Below are positions 54,361 to 55,603 of a stretch of DNA of 55,603 bases, piece after piece (position 1 is the stretch's first letter; every line of letters begins with the position of its first letter). The position numbers were made by a program, and so were the translations under genes. The stretch comes from Octopus sinensis. Its lineage: Eukaryota. The stretch is from positions 1 to 55,603 of the forward strand of contig NW_021833705.1 of the NCBI RefSeq assembly GCF_006345805.1, written 5' to 3'. The notes under the pieces were generated by a model. That model saw only the letters and a program-made list of their open reading frames with translations, did no database searches and was not told the origin of the DNA.

Positions 54361-55603
54361 TGATATATGTATTTATCCTTGTGCACTTTATATGTTTTTC
54401 ACATTTATTTATTATTATTATTTTTGTTTTTGTTTTTTTTTGCTTTATACAACTATGCTTTAACGAAAAGCTCTATGGCAAAAAAAAAAATCCGGTAAAA
54501 AATAAAAGAATAAAAATGAGAATATTTTCCAACGAATCTTTCATTCAGCCGATACAATGAATGTAATTGACGGGGAATTATACTTTCATCCTAGACGGTA
54601 ATTTTTGGTAAATATTTTAAATTTATGAAATGACTACTTTTATAGAAATTTTTCTTTAATAAATCGAGTTGAAATAACCAAACATAACATCAAACTCTCT
54701 TTTATATCTTCAGATTCATCGATTCTATTTTACTTTATTTTTTGTTTGTTTTGTTATTGCTGTTGTTGTTGTTATTATTATTATTATTATTATTTTTTTT
54801 TTTTTTTTTTTTTGCTTCAGAAAAATCTTTCTGAATATCGACCACTGTTCACCTTTGAAATATATTTCTAAAATAAAAGGATTCTTCAATCATGAAATCT
54901 CTTCAATGGCTAAAAAACAATACACACACACCATATATATACATATGTGTGTATATATATATATTATATATATATATATAATCAAATACAGTAAAAAAAA
55001 GTAATAAATGAAAAAAAAACAATTGAAGGGGTTTTGATCTAAGTAAATTATGAATACACTGTGTTATTTTGTATTTATCTACATATACTACAACACGTAT
55101 AGACATGATTTATATGCAAATACCAACCATAAAGACAGTTCTAGTCCACATATACATCTATGTCCAAAACATATTATTTTAACAAGATTAAGATTATTAT
55201 GAGTGTGTCAACACTTATATACATACATATACATACAGGACATACATACATACTATAAATATATATACATAACTATATATACATATATACATATATATAC
55301 ATATATCATAGAAGCATACACATACACACACACATAAATATATATAAGTATAAAGTTTGTTTGAATTTGAGATGATAAATTGCTGTTATTATATATTAAA
55401 ATAGTATTTTCATCTTTGTTCTTTCACTTACAATGTTTCACCCATTGTACTCTCTGGCTGGCCTGCTTCCAGTTACTTTTAATTCAGTGACATTCCTGGA
55501 ATTTTGAACCAAACCCATGTGGATAAATTATCCTTATTTTTATTCATGCTAAGGATTATCTCTTATCAATTTTATTTTGTCATTTAGAGTTTTAGTTTCA
55601 TAC

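Noticed and set aside
54480-54850. CpG-retaining AT-rich stretch as a possible promoter flank (also 100-260)
   Set aside because: Only a visual impression of CpG excess; no defined promoter elements or transcript evidence.

Overview
AT-rich eukaryotic (animal) non-coding DNA. Its repeat content looks like an Octopus/coleoid cephalopod genome, which is an inference from the SINE families and microsatellite style. No host protein-coding gene can be called confidently, only two weak exon candidates. Most long ORFs in the track are microsatellite artefacts. The real coding remnants are all transposons: the 3' end of an RTE-clade LINE with three C2H2 fingers (~945-1476), a 5'-truncated Penelope-like element (PLE) of apparent Naiad type with RT, GIY-YIG and a long 3' UTR (9778-14150, minus), and a mariner C-terminus (17278-17550). 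The rest is tRNA-derived SINEs of at least five families, non-autonomous Helitrons/Helentrons, tandem TTAA-flanked MITE arrays, a Tc1-like MITE and very long micro/minisatellites. The most interesting signal is a set of hammerhead ribozyme (HHR) motifs. One is core-intact with a ~83-nt stem II in the PLE 3' end, two lie in (TA)n-inserted foldback cassettes, and three are copies of a tRNA-headed (Pol III A/B box) SINE whose 3' half is a PLE-type minimal hammerhead and which occurs in head-to-head arrangements, i.e. a candidate Penelope-mobilised ribozyme SINE. Also notable are a 73-nt pre-miRNA-like hairpin and a ~315-bp inverted duplication enclosing a candidate exon.
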